A model generated the notes under the pieces. It was not told the DNA's origin. It saw only the letters and a program-made list of their open reading frames with translations, and searched no databases. The position numbers and the translations under genes are program-made. DNA of 64,000 nucleotides, taken from NCBI GenBank assembly GCA_029248265.1, contig JAQWJQ010000201.1, forward strand, positions 601 through 64,600, in the 5' to 3' direction. This DNA is from Planctomycetota bacterium (GTDB taxonomy: Bacteria; Planctomycetota; UBA1135; GCA-002686595). The stretch's first letter is position 1. Each line of letters starts with the position of its first letter. Positions 7,975 through 17,045 of the stretch are shown piece after piece.

Positions 7975-10929
7975 TCAGCGGACCTCTTCACCGTTCACAA
8001 AGACCCGCTCGATCGTGGAGGAGACCTCCATGGGCGAGCCGTCGAGCACGATGACATCGGCATCCTTGCCGGGCTCGAGCGTCCCGACGCGGTCGTCGAT
8101 GCAGAGCATTCGAGCGGCGTCCGAGGTCAAGGCACGCAGGGCGGCCGAAGGCGAAAGCCCCATGGCCACGGCGCGGGCCGCGACGACGCCGAGTTCAGCG
8201 GCGCCCTCCTCGGCTTGGCTCATGAAGGCCACAGGGATGCCGGCTGCCGCCAGCTCGCTCAGCCGGCTGGTGGGGTTCCCGGCGCTGTCAGTGATGGACA
8301 TCATGGAGCGGGGGACGAGCACGCCGCTGACGCGCCCGGCGATCCGGTCCGCCACCTTGTGCGCATCACCGGCCTCGAAGAGGATCGGCTGGAGGCCGAA
8401 GCTCTCGAACGTGTCCACGCAGCTGAGGATCTGGTCGTCGCGGTTGACCCGCACCATGACGGCGGCGCCCCCGGACATCGCCCGGCGGATGGGCTCGAGG
8501 TCCGGGTCCACGGACGGCTTCTTCGGCATGCCCTTCGGTGAGGACTTCCGCGCCGCCTTCTCGGGGATGCGGACCGGGCGCTTGGCGACCTTGTAGTCGC
8601 CTGACACCTGGGTCAGGTCGAGGGTCTCAACGCGCTCGCCGTTCCACTTGGCCTCGCCGCGCAGGAAGGTCTCGACCGGCTTCTTCGCGTCAGCCGCCTC
8701 TTCTTCCTTGGACTTCTTCTTCGCGCCCTTGGGCGGCGGATCGTTGGAGAAGATCTGCGCGAGGGTGACCGCGAGGGTGCCCCCCACCAGGTCGATCTCG
8801 AGGGTGACGTCGTAGCCATCCCGGCTCCCGGTGACCGTGTAGAGGTCCTCCAGGTAAGAGGCCCGGAGGGAGCCCGTGATCGAGCCGTCCGCGTCCTCGA
8901 GGAGGCGGAGGCGGACCGTGGAGCCCTCGACGCTGGGCGAGCTGCCCTCGAAGACCCCGGTCACCGGCTTGGCCGGATCCCGCTCCTTCTTCTTCTTCTT
9001 CTTCTCGTCCTTCTTCTCCTCGGACTCTTCCTCGTCGTCGTCCTCGTCGTCGGCGTCTTCCGCGGAGGCGGGCTCAGGGGCGGGCGGGCTCCACTTGGCC
9101 ATGTCGGCCTCGTACTTGTCCCACTTGGCCGCATACTCCTGGGCCTTCTTGAGGATCCCGCGGACGCCCACACCCGACTGGGTCACGATGCTCGAGTCCC
9201 ACTGGAGGATGACGCTGGCCACGGGATCGACCACGAGCCCGTCGAAGTCGCTCGCGGCAGGCTTGTAAGCGATCGAGGGAGTCACGGTGCCGCGGTCCGC
9301 CGAGGTCAGGTTCACGGAGGTGACGCCGCGCTTGGCGACCTCCCTGTCTGCAAAGTCGCCGGGCTCGAGGATGCGCGAGAGGTCGAAGCGGGTGGAGAAC
9401 GCGCGACGCCCCCCTGCGTTCCCGAGGTAGCCGTAGGCGTCAATCATCCCGGGCATCGCCGCAGCGCCGCGGATGACGCGGGCGCCAGCGGGCCGGCCGA
9501 CCCGCGCCGAGACCTCGGCGATCTTCCCGTCACGGACGAGGATCTCGCCGGGGGTGTGGACGACGCCGTCCCCCACGTAGAGCTCGTCCACGCTGATGAC
9601 CACGGAGGTGCTGGGCTTGGCGCCTTCGCGCTTCGAGCCAGCGAGCTCCGCCGACCAGACCTGCTCGCCGTTCACGTAGGTGGCGAGCACACTCGAGCTG
9701 AGCGACATGGGGTCGCCGGACATGACGACCATGTCGCCGTCCTTGCCTGGGGTGAGGCTGCCGACCCGGTCATCCACGCCCAGCACCTTGGCGGCGTTGA
9801 GCGTGATGCCCGAGAGCGCCGCCCCGCGGGGCAGGCCGCCCCGCATGGCGAGCGCTGCGCCGAAGCGGAGGTCCGGGGCCCCGAGGGACCTCGGGGCGCG
9901 GATGGCCACCTGAACCCCCTCTGCCGCGAGGCGTGAGATGGTGTCGTAGCGTGGCCATGCGGCCGTCGCGCCCTTGCCGAAGTTATTGCCGCCGTTGAAG
10001 TCCGGTCCGGCGATGACCGACACTCCGGCCTCGGCGAGCGCGGAGGCCAACGAAGCGGAACGGCTGGCGCCGTCGATCACGAGGTTCATCCCGTGACGCT
10101 CCTTGAGCTCCAGGAGAGCCTGCACCTCGGCGGCCGTCTCCGCACCCATGCGCCAGGTCGCCCCGTCCTTCAGGGCTGTCGCGAGGGCGGGGCCAGCGAG
10201 GGCCCCGTACTCGGCGACGAGGGCGTCGTCGCCACCCGCCAGCGCCATCAGCTCATCCATCGCGAGGACAGCGCCCATGGTGGTGGTAGGCAACTGCGGC
10301 CTGGGCACGCCGAGGCCGACGTCCACCGTCGCGGGGACGGGGGGCTCCCAGTACCCGGGGGTCCGGCGCGCCTCGGAGGAGATCGAGCCGTGGAGTCCGC
10401 TGCGCTCCTTGAGCACGCGTCCGTCCGCGCTGACCGCGCTTCCGCCGCCCGTCTTGACCACTGCCCCCTGACCGGCGATCAGTCGACCACGAGCGGGGGG
10501 GAGGTACACCGTCGTGATCCCGCTCCGCAGCGCAGAGACGATCGGGGTGTACGGGTCAAATTGGTCGATGGCGAGCAGGGTCGGGTCCGCTGTCCGGGGA
10601 CCGGCGGTCTGCCGCGTGTAATTCGAGTCCACGGCGACCAGACCCGGCACGATGACCGCGTCCGGTCCGTGGTCGATGACCTCAGCGCCGCCGGGCACCT
10701 TGACGGAGTCAGCCGTGCCGACCGCGACGATCTTGCCGCCCTCGACCAGGACCGCGCCGTCGCGGATGATCTCCCCCACCTCAACGAGGTGAATGATGCC
10801 GGCCTTGACGACCACGGCGTCGCCCGCTGTGGCGGTCGCCGTGAGGTTCGCAGGGTGCGCGGCCGAGGCGGTCGCGGTGAGGGCCACTAGCGACAGGGCC
10901 GCGGCTCGTAGTATCGGGGTCATGTGCAT
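7975..10929 (-). CDS. Exported double-domain amidohydrolase-superfamily protein, both domains lacking metal ligands
   Basis: 984 aa with two full repeats of the fold (PGLVAVDS...GSLTPGKDGDMVVMSGDP and PGMIDAYG...GTLEPGKDADVIVLDGSP); signal peptide. Confidence 0.9.
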   Translation of the reverse strand: MHMTPILRAAALSLVALTATASAAHPANLTATATAGDAVVVKAGIIHLVEVGEIIRDGAVLVEGGKIVAVGTADSVKVPGGAEVIDHGPDAVIVPGLVAVDSNYTRQTAGPRTADPTLLAIDQFDPYTPIVSALRSGITTVYLPPARGRLIAGQGAVVKTGGGSAVSADGRVLKERSGLHGSISSEARRTPGYWEPPVPATVDVGLGVPRPQLPTTTMGAVLAMDELMALAGGDDALVAEYGALAGPALATALKDGATWRMGAETAAEVQALLELKERHGMNLVIDGASRSASLASALAEAGVSVIAGPDFNGGNNFGKGATAAWPRYDTISRLAAEGVQVAIRAPRSLGAPDLRFGAALAMRGGLPRGAALSGITLNAAKVLGVDDRVGSLTPGKDGDMVVMSGDPMSLSSSVLATYVNGEQVWSAELAGSKREGAKPSTSVVISVDELYVGDGVVHTPGEILVRDGKIAEVSARVGRPAGARVIRGAAAMPGMIDAYGYLGNAGGRRAFSTRFDLSRILEPGDFADREVAKRGVTSVNLTSADRGTVTPSIAYKPAASDFDGLVVDPVASVILQWDSSIVTQSGVGVRGILKKAQEYAAKWDKYEADMAKWSPPAPEPASAEDADDEDDDEEESEEKKDEKKKKKKERDPAKPVTGVFEGSSPSVEGSTVRLRLLEDADGSITGSLRASYLEDLYTVTGSRDGYDVTLEIDLVGGTLAVTLAQIFSNDPPPKGAKKKSKEEEAADAKKPVETFLRGEAKWNGERVETLDLTQVSGDYKVAKRPVRIPEKAARKSSPKGMPKKPSVDPDLEPIRRAMSGGAAVMVRVNRDDQILSCVDTFESFGLQPILFEAGDAHKVADRIAGRVSGVLVPRSMMSITDSAGNPTSRLSELAAAGIPVAFMSQAEEGAAELGVVAARAVAMGLSPSAALRALTSDAARMLCIDDRVGTLEPGKDADVIVLDGSPMEVSSTIERVFVNGEEVR

Positions 10930-10947
10930 GGTTTGAACCCGCAGGGA

Positions 10948-12387
10948 TCAGCCTTTGTTCTCGGTCTCGTCATCGTCCTCGGGGTCGTCGCCGTCACCCG
11001 GCCACTCCTCCTCACCGGAGGTGTCCGACGCCGTGCCGGGGGGGCGCGTGCCGTCGAAGAGCTGCTTGACGCGGACGTCCTTGCTCCTGTCGTAGACGTG
11101 AGCGCCGTCCAGGATCACGTGCTCGACCACGGACGTGATGTCGAGCGGGTCACCGCTGAAGAGCACCACGTGCCCATCAGTGCCCTTGGCGAGCTTGCCG
11201 ACCCGGTCGCCGAGCCCGAGGATCGTGGCGGGGGTGGTGGTCACCGCGGCGAGTGCGTCGTCGCGGGGGATGCCGTTCGCCACGCAGCGGGCGGCCTGAT
11301 ACCACAGGGAGCGGTTGGCGTCCGCGGTGGACATCAAGGCGAAGGGGATGCCGGCGTCGTGGAACACCTTCGGGACGAAGGTCTCAATCGACTCCCCGGT
11401 GATCGGGTCCAGCTCCTCGTCTTCGAGGCCAGCCAGGATGACGCTGCACCCCGACTCCTTGATCTTGGCGGAGGCCTTCCAGCAGGCCGGCGCGAGGGCG
11501 AGCGTCATGTTGCCGGTGAAGCCGTTGGCCTCGGACACGCGGAGCGCGGCGTGGACGTCCATGGGCGAGGCACACCACATGATGACCTGGAGCTTGCCCT
11601 CCACGATCCGCAGGAGCGGCTCGCGCTTCTCGTCGACCTCGCCGCGGGGCACGCGCTCGAAGCCGTCGACGCTCCAACCGGAGCACGCGAGGGGCTTGCC
11701 CTTGGCGGCCTCGCCCTCGACCTCACGCCCCTGATAGAGGGCCTCGCGCCGGTCGTAGTCGTCGCCGTCCTTCTTCCGCTGGACCATGTCCTCGAGGTAG
11801 AGGCGGAGCTCGTCGAATGCGCCGCGCAGGACCTGCGCCTGGGTGGCGCGGCTCTTGCCTCCCTTCGGCGCCGCGGAGATCTTCACCCCGGAGCGCGGCT
11901 TGACCATCATCTGCTCGACCGTCATCCCGAAGGGCTTCACCACCATGCCCTGACCGGCGATCACGGTGTTGTTGCCCTGCTGAACGTTGATCGTCAGGAT
12001 GCCCTGCCGCAGCGCCTCCTCGAAGTAGAAGTTCACCGGGTCAATGGAGTCCTTCACGTCGAGGAAGGGCGCCACGTCGAGCGTCTCGTTGGCCCTGTCA
12101 ATGCCACGCGCGGCGTGGGCCTCAACGAAGCCAGGGAAGGCCACCATCTCGGGCTGGTCGATGACGGTCGCGTCCCAGGGGATCTGGACCTCGCTCGCGG
12201 CGCCAACGGCGGTCACTCGACCACCTTCGATGACGATGACGCCGTCGGGGATGGACTCACCGGTGAGGGTGATGACCGTCCCGGCCTTGACGGCGGTCTT
12301 GTCGACCTGGGGAGCGGCGGTGGCGGAGGACGCCACAAGGAGCGTCGCCCCGAGCGCCAGGAGAGGTTGAGAGAGAGAAGACTTCAT
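10948..12387 (-). CDS. Exported amidohydrolase-superfamily protein, incomplete metal site
   Basis: Signal peptide; PGFVEAHAA (single His); GKLAKGTDGHVVLFSGDP; acidic tail. Confidence 0.88.
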   Translation of the reverse strand: MKSSLSQPLLALGATLLVASSATAAPQVDKTAVKAGTVITLTGESIPDGVIVIEGGRVTAVGAASEVQIPWDATVIDQPEMVAFPGFVEAHAARGIDRANETLDVAPFLDVKDSIDPVNFYFEEALRQGILTINVQQGNNTVIAGQGMVVKPFGMTVEQMMVKPRSGVKISAAPKGGKSRATQAQVLRGAFDELRLYLEDMVQRKKDGDDYDRREALYQGREVEGEAAKGKPLACSGWSVDGFERVPRGEVDEKREPLLRIVEGKLQVIMWCASPMDVHAALRVSEANGFTGNMTLALAPACWKASAKIKESGCSVILAGLEDEELDPITGESIETFVPKVFHDAGIPFALMSTADANRSLWYQAARCVANGIPRDDALAAVTTTPATILGLGDRVGKLAKGTDGHVVLFSGDPLDITSVVEHVILDGAHVYDRSKDVRVKQLFDGTRPPGTASDTSGEEEWPGDGDDPEDDDETENKG

Positions 12388-12459
12388 CGTGATGAGGGGG
12401 TGGTCCGAAGGTCGGGCCGGTGGTGTCGTGTTCGTTCTTGGAGCCGCGCCGGGGCGCGA

Positions 12460-13644
12460 TCAGCGGGGGTCGAGGGCGAGGTGTCCGCCGACGAGCACGC
12501 CGACGGGACGGGTCGTCGCCTCGAAGGGCTCCCCGTTCCAGAGGATGAGGTCGGCGTCCTTGCCGGCCTCGACGGAGCCCACGCGGCCGTCCACGCCGAG
12601 CAGCTGGGCCGGGGTGAGAGTCACCGCTCGGAGCGCCTGCTCACGGGTGATGCCGCCGCGCATGGCGAGGCCGGCCTGGAGGTCCAAACGCGAGGCTCCG
12701 TGGCCGGAGAGCGCGAAGGTGATGCCGTTATCACGGAGCACTCGGGCGCACTCCACGGACATCAGCGAGCCGTCCGTGGTCCGACCCTGAGCAGGGACCG
12801 GCGGGAGGACGACCGCGGTGTTGGTCCGCACGAGCATGGCCGGCTCGCGCCAGGCCTCCGCGCCCGCGTCGATCACGAGGCGCATCTCGCCGAAGCCCTC
12901 GCGGGCCATCTCCTCCTTGAGGAAGACAGCGGTGCGGATGTCCTGGGTCGCCCAGGCCTGCACAAACACCCCCACCTTGCCGGCGAGCGCGTCCAGCAGG
13001 ACCTTCTGAGCGGCGTCAGGCTCCTTGGCCTGCGCGGCCTCGAAGAGCGACTTCCGCCACTCCCACTCGACTCCCATCCGCGTGGTGGGGCGCCGGTTGA
13101 AGAACGACGTCGGGCGACCGAAGGCCGAGCTGTTGCGCTGGCTCGGCTGAGACCCGATGGCGCCGCAGATCATCGGCGCGCCCTCGACGGTCCGCGCCTT
13201 GACGGAGCGGTCTCCCGCGGTCTTCACCACCGTGCCTGCGCCCCCGATGCAGTTCTGGTTGAGCGGCGTGATGAAGGCGCTCGTGACCCCAGCGCGGGCG
13301 AGGCGGCCCCAGCCCGGCGAGAACACATCCACGCCGAACTCAGCGCTGACGAGCGGCGTGACCTCACTGGACTGCTCCACCGAGGAGGTGCCGGTGTTCA
13401 GCCGTGCGCTTGCGTCGATCATGCCCGCGGTGACGACCGCGGCCTTGAGGACGTCCCGGGGCGCTTCGACGCCCGGCGTGATCGCTCGGATCTTCCCACC
13501 GTCGACCACGATGAGCGCGCTCTCGTGGACCTTGCCGGTGGAGGTGTAGACCTTGTCCGCGTGGATCGTCCAGCTGGTGCCGTCCGCAGGCGCGCTGGTA
13601 CCCGAGGCTGCGAGTGCAGCGGAGAGGAGGAGACTGGTGAGCAT
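12460..13644 (-). CDS. Exported amidohydrolase-superfamily protein, metal ligands absent
   Basis: ATG 13644 overlaps the upstream TGA; signal peptide; AGMIDASAR; GSVEAGKDADLILWNGEP. Confidence 0.88.
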   Translation of the reverse strand: MLTSLLLSAALAASGTSAPADGTSWTIHADKVYTSTGKVHESALIVVDGGKIRAITPGVEAPRDVLKAAVVTAGMIDASARLNTGTSSVEQSSEVTPLVSAEFGVDVFSPGWGRLARAGVTSAFITPLNQNCIGGAGTVVKTAGDRSVKARTVEGAPMICGAIGSQPSQRNSSAFGRPTSFFNRRPTTRMGVEWEWRKSLFEAAQAKEPDAAQKVLLDALAGKVGVFVQAWATQDIRTAVFLKEEMAREGFGEMRLVIDAGAEAWREPAMLVRTNTAVVLPPVPAQGRTTDGSLMSVECARVLRDNGITFALSGHGASRLDLQAGLAMRGGITREQALRAVTLTPAQLLGVDGRVGSVEAGKDADLILWNGEPFEATTRPVGVLVGGHLALDPR

Positions 13645-14750
13645 CACTGGTGGGCTCCGTGGGCGTGGGCCCTGTGCACGAGGTTTCCGCCGGCGTAGAC
13701 AGACTGGACGCGGCTGGTGAGGTCAGTGGGCGGGCCGCTCCAGACGACGAGATCTGCGGCCTTGCCGGCGGCAAGCGTTCCATGGGTCTCCCCAACGCCC
13801 GCGATCTTCGCGGCGTCGCCGGTCAAGGCGCGCAGCGCGGCGTCGGCGCTCAGCCCGGCCCGCATGCACGCTGCGGCCTGCATACGCATGCCGAGGGGGC
13901 CTTGCCGGGCGGCGTCCGAGGTGAAGGCGAAGGGCACCTCCGCAGCCGAGAGGGCGATGGCGCTCTTGACGATGTCCTTGGAGAGGGAGGGGTTGACCGT
14001 GCTCTCGAAGACGACACCGAGCCCGGAGGCCTTGATCCCGTCCACGAGGTCCGACGCCTCAGGCGCGCCGACGAGGGCCCCCTTGAGCCCGTGGGTCACC
14101 GCGAACTCGATGGCACGCGCGGACTCGTTGCGGGTCCCTGCACGCATGAGGACCGGCATCTTGCCCGCCTTCGCTGCTGCGAGCGGGCTACCGTCCGCAG
14201 CCGCTGCGAACTGCTCCTCGAGGTGCGCGTAGAGGCCGGCGTAGCTGGTCGGGGCCGTGGACGACCCGAGCGAGGCACGCGAGAGGCCCAAGGTCACCAT
14301 GGCGTTGCGCTTGAGGACGCGACCCGCGGCCGGTGAGACGATGGCCGCCTGGCCACCGACGATCCGTGAAGATCCCGCGGAGATCGCGACCGTGGTCACC
14401 CCCTCGGCGACCAGCCCAGACCAGGCGGGGTGCCCGGGATCAAAGGCAAACGAGACGTCGGCGGTGGGCGTCGACTTGCGCGCGCTCTCGGTGTTCTCCG
14501 AGGTGGCGCCGATCGTCTCGCGGAGACCGATGAAGCCCGGGGCGATCTGCCCTTCGACATCGACCACGCGGACTCCGCGCGGCGCGTTGCTCGAGACGCT
14601 CTTGACGAGCCCGTCCTCGATCACGACGAAGCCGTCGAGGACGACCTTGCCGTCCCCGACATGAACGTGGCTCGCGCGGAGGGCGTAGGAGTCCTCGGGG
14701 GCCGTTGCGCCGAGTAGCGGCGCGGCTGCGATGAGACAGGAAATCAGCAT
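13644..14750 (-). CDS. Exported amidohydrolase-superfamily protein, metal ligands absent
   Basis: Signal peptide; APGFIGLRE; GTLAAGKAADLVVWSGPP. Confidence 0.88.
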   Translation of the reverse strand: MLISCLIAAAPLLGATAPEDSYALRASHVHVGDGKVVLDGFVVIEDGLVKSVSSNAPRGVRVVDVEGQIAPGFIGLRETIGATSENTESARKSTPTADVSFAFDPGHPAWSGLVAEGVTTVAISAGSSRIVGGQAAIVSPAAGRVLKRNAMVTLGLSRASLGSSTAPTSYAGLYAHLEEQFAAAADGSPLAAAKAGKMPVLMRAGTRNESARAIEFAVTHGLKGALVGAPEASDLVDGIKASGLGVVFESTVNPSLSKDIVKSAIALSAAEVPFAFTSDAARQGPLGMRMQAAACMRAGLSADAALRALTGDAAKIAGVGETHGTLAAGKAADLVVWSGPPTDLTSRVQSVYAGGNLVHRAHAHGAHQ

Positions 14751-14773
14751 GTTGATGGCTCCGTCGGCGGCGG

Positions 14774-16171
14774 TCAGTTACCGGCCTGGTGGACGACCTT
14801 TCCGCCCGAGATGGAAGCGAGGACGCGAGTTGAACTGGACAGCGGGTCGCCGCTGAGCACGAGCAGGTCGGCGTGGAGGCCGCGCTGGACCGTGCCGACC
14901 TTCGACTGGAGGTCGAAGACGCGGGCGGGGCCGCGTGTGATCGCGTGCAGCGCGGCGTCTTCCCCGAGGCCGTGGCCAACCGCGGCGGCCGCGAGCAGGG
15001 GGAGATTGACCGAGGCGCTGGCGGAGGTCGCGCCAGACCCGATGAGCACCTCGACGCCGCGAGCGGAGAGCTCACCCGCGAGCGCGAAACCGGGGTCCAT
15101 CTCGCCGACATCCCCGCCCGGGGAGCCAGGAGACGGCGTCACGATGACCGGGATGCCCCGCTCCGCGAGCTCATCCGCGAACAGGAGCGCGGAGCGCCCA
15201 CCCGCGATGACCATCCGCATACGGGTGAACCCACGGGTCACGCGGAGCAGCTCACGCAGCTCGAGGGCCTGCTCAACGTGGACGACCATGGGGACCTCTC
15301 CCCCCACCGCGCGGGCGAGGGAGGCCTTCTTCGGATCGAGCTTGGGACCACGCGGCCGCTTGTCCTCCTTGTACTTCTTCTCCTTGAGCTCCTCGCCGTC
15401 TTCCTCGGCCTCCTTGACCTTCTTGTCGCGGGCCTTCTTGGCCTTCTTGAAGTCCTCGGCGAGCTCCTTCTCCTTCTCGGCGATCTCCTCCTTCCAGACC
15501 TTCAGGTCGCGCTCGTAGACGGCCACGTCGGCCGCGTACTTCTGGGCGGCAGTGAGCGCGCTCGCCAGGCGGTCCACCTGACCGACGCGGGAGACCGGGT
15601 CGAGCCCCGGGGAGTCGAGCCGCGCGGTGAGCGCCGCGTCGGCGAGGACGGGTTCGGCCCCAGCGGCACGGATCACGGCCCCTACACCGGAGACGGCGGC
15701 GGACCGACCGATCTCGACGCGCATCATGAGCACGCCAGACTCGACGAGGTCCTCAAGCAGTTCGTCTTGGCGGTAGGGGTCGAGGGCGTCCGTGGCCCGG
15801 GTCGCAGTATCGACGCGATCCGTGCCGGCCGACGAGGCGTCGACACCAGCCACTGACCAGGGGTCGATGAAGGCGGCACAGATGACTTCGCCCTCGATGG
15901 TCTGCGCGCCCTCGGGCGCGGCGAGGTCGTCGCCCATGGCGATGATCCGACCGTCCCGGACGATCAGGCTCACGCCTTCCAAGGTCTTCCCTGGACTCAC
16001 GATCACCTTGTTGGCGCGGAGGAACAGGTCCGTGGAGGCCTCGGTTTCAGCGGCCTCTTGGGCCGCGAGAGAGGTGGCCGCGAGCCCTGCCCCCAAGGTG
16101 AGCGCGAGGCCGAAGGTGCGTAGCCTTCGGGTCGCGAGGCATCGGTGGGAGCGCGAGGAGTGGGAACGCAT
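14774..16171 (-). CDS. Exported amidohydrolase-superfamily protein, metal ligands largely absent; first gene of the array
   Basis: Start re-called at ATG 16171 (basic n-region, hydrophobic stretch, SLA-AQ); AAFIDPWS; GTVQRGLHADLLVLSGDP. Confidence 0.85.
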   Translation of the reverse strand: MRSHSSRSHRCLATRRLRTFGLALTLGAGLAATSLAAQEAAETEASTDLFLRANKVIVSPGKTLEGVSLIVRDGRIIAMGDDLAAPEGAQTIEGEVICAAFIDPWSVAGVDASSAGTDRVDTATRATDALDPYRQDELLEDLVESGVLMMRVEIGRSAAVSGVGAVIRAAGAEPVLADAALTARLDSPGLDPVSRVGQVDRLASALTAAQKYAADVAVYERDLKVWKEEIAEKEKELAEDFKKAKKARDKKVKEAEEDGEELKEKKYKEDKRPRGPKLDPKKASLARAVGGEVPMVVHVEQALELRELLRVTRGFTRMRMVIAGGRSALLFADELAERGIPVIVTPSPGSPGGDVGEMDPGFALAGELSARGVEVLIGSGATSASASVNLPLLAAAAVGHGLGEDAALHAITRGPARVFDLQSKVGTVQRGLHADLLVLSGDPLSSSTRVLASISGGKVVHQAGN

Positions 16172-16525
16172 GATTGGGTATTCGAAGGTCCGTGAGGACG
16201 TCAGGGGCAGGGAGACCCCGACGACTGGGGCGGGCGACGCCAGGCCTGTGACAACAGCGCCGTGGCGGGCAGCCTCCTCGTTAGATCGAGACCCCCCGAT
16301 CGTAGGCATCGCAGGCGGTTCAGACCAGAAACGCGAGGTCCGCTTAGCCAAGCGGCCAGAAAGACTTACGGGTTGAAGACCTCAGGTGGTTTCCGTCTCA
16401 CTCCGGGGCGCGCGAGCCGGGCACCTGGCCCCAGCACCAGGTCGCCCGAAAAACACCGCGAATTGGGCGTCAGAACTGGCCATTTGACCGTTCGACCTCG
16501 GCGCGGGCCGCGCTTCCACTGCGCT

Positions 16526-17032
16526 ATGAAGCCCGTCCGGTCCCTTCACCCACTGCTCCTCGAACGCTCCTACTGGCGCACCCGTGCGTTGGCGCTGGGA
16601 CAGCATCAGACCGGGATCATCTGGACCCCACGACCCGACCTCGGAGCCCCTGGCGTCGAGGTGAGCGAGTTCCGCTTGAGGACGCTGAACGGGGGCCACC
16701 TGCGGGGCCTGTTCGCCCGATCAGCATGGCGAAGAGAGCACCTTACCGCACGAATCCGCACCGTAGGGCCCGCCTCGCGGCTCGAGATCCACGAGGAGGA
16801 AATCCGGAGCGGCTCGGCAGAGTTCGTCCTGCAGGAGCCCGCGGGCCGCCAGTTGGCCGATCGAGTCCTGGACGTGGTGCTCCTCAGCCAGCTCGCCGCG
16901 GAGACCGACGGGATCGACTCCGTGGAGGTCGACAACCGCTGGGACCACGGCGGCTCGGACGCCGCCGTCATCGCCCAACAGCTCCTCCAAGATCGGATCG
17001 TCTCGCACTCAGCGGACGATCCGCTCCTCTAG
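16526..17032 (+). CDS. Hypothetical protein, possibly a truncated acetyl xylan esterase (CE7)-like alpha/beta-hydrolase derivative
   Basis: ATG 16526 is in frame with ORF 16262..17032 and fills the gap between genes; the pattern YW...VEVSEFRL..NGGHLRGLFAR...DRVLDVV...DGIDS resembles the N-terminal half of CE7 by eye. Confidence 0.55.
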   Translation: MKPVRSLHPLLLERSYWRTRALALGQHQTGIIWTPRPDLGAPGVEVSEFRLRTLNGGHLRGLFARSAWRREHLTARIRTVGPASRLEIHEEEIRSGSAEFVLQEPAGRQLADRVLDVVLLSQLAAETDGIDSVEVDNRWDHGGSDAAVIAQQLLQDRIVSHSADDPLL

Positions 17033-17045
17033 GTAGGGCGCTCGG

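Noticed and set aside
253-15856. Long plus-strand ORFs (e.g. 5960..8596, 10924..13698, 4053..5303) opposite the amidohydrolase array
   Set aside because: Antisense shadows typical of high-GC coding DNA: no recognisable motifs and fully overlapped by well-supported minus-strand genes. The same applies to 28301..30157, 36852..38678, 45249..46790, 47901..49409 and the Arg/Pro-rich off-frame ORFs.
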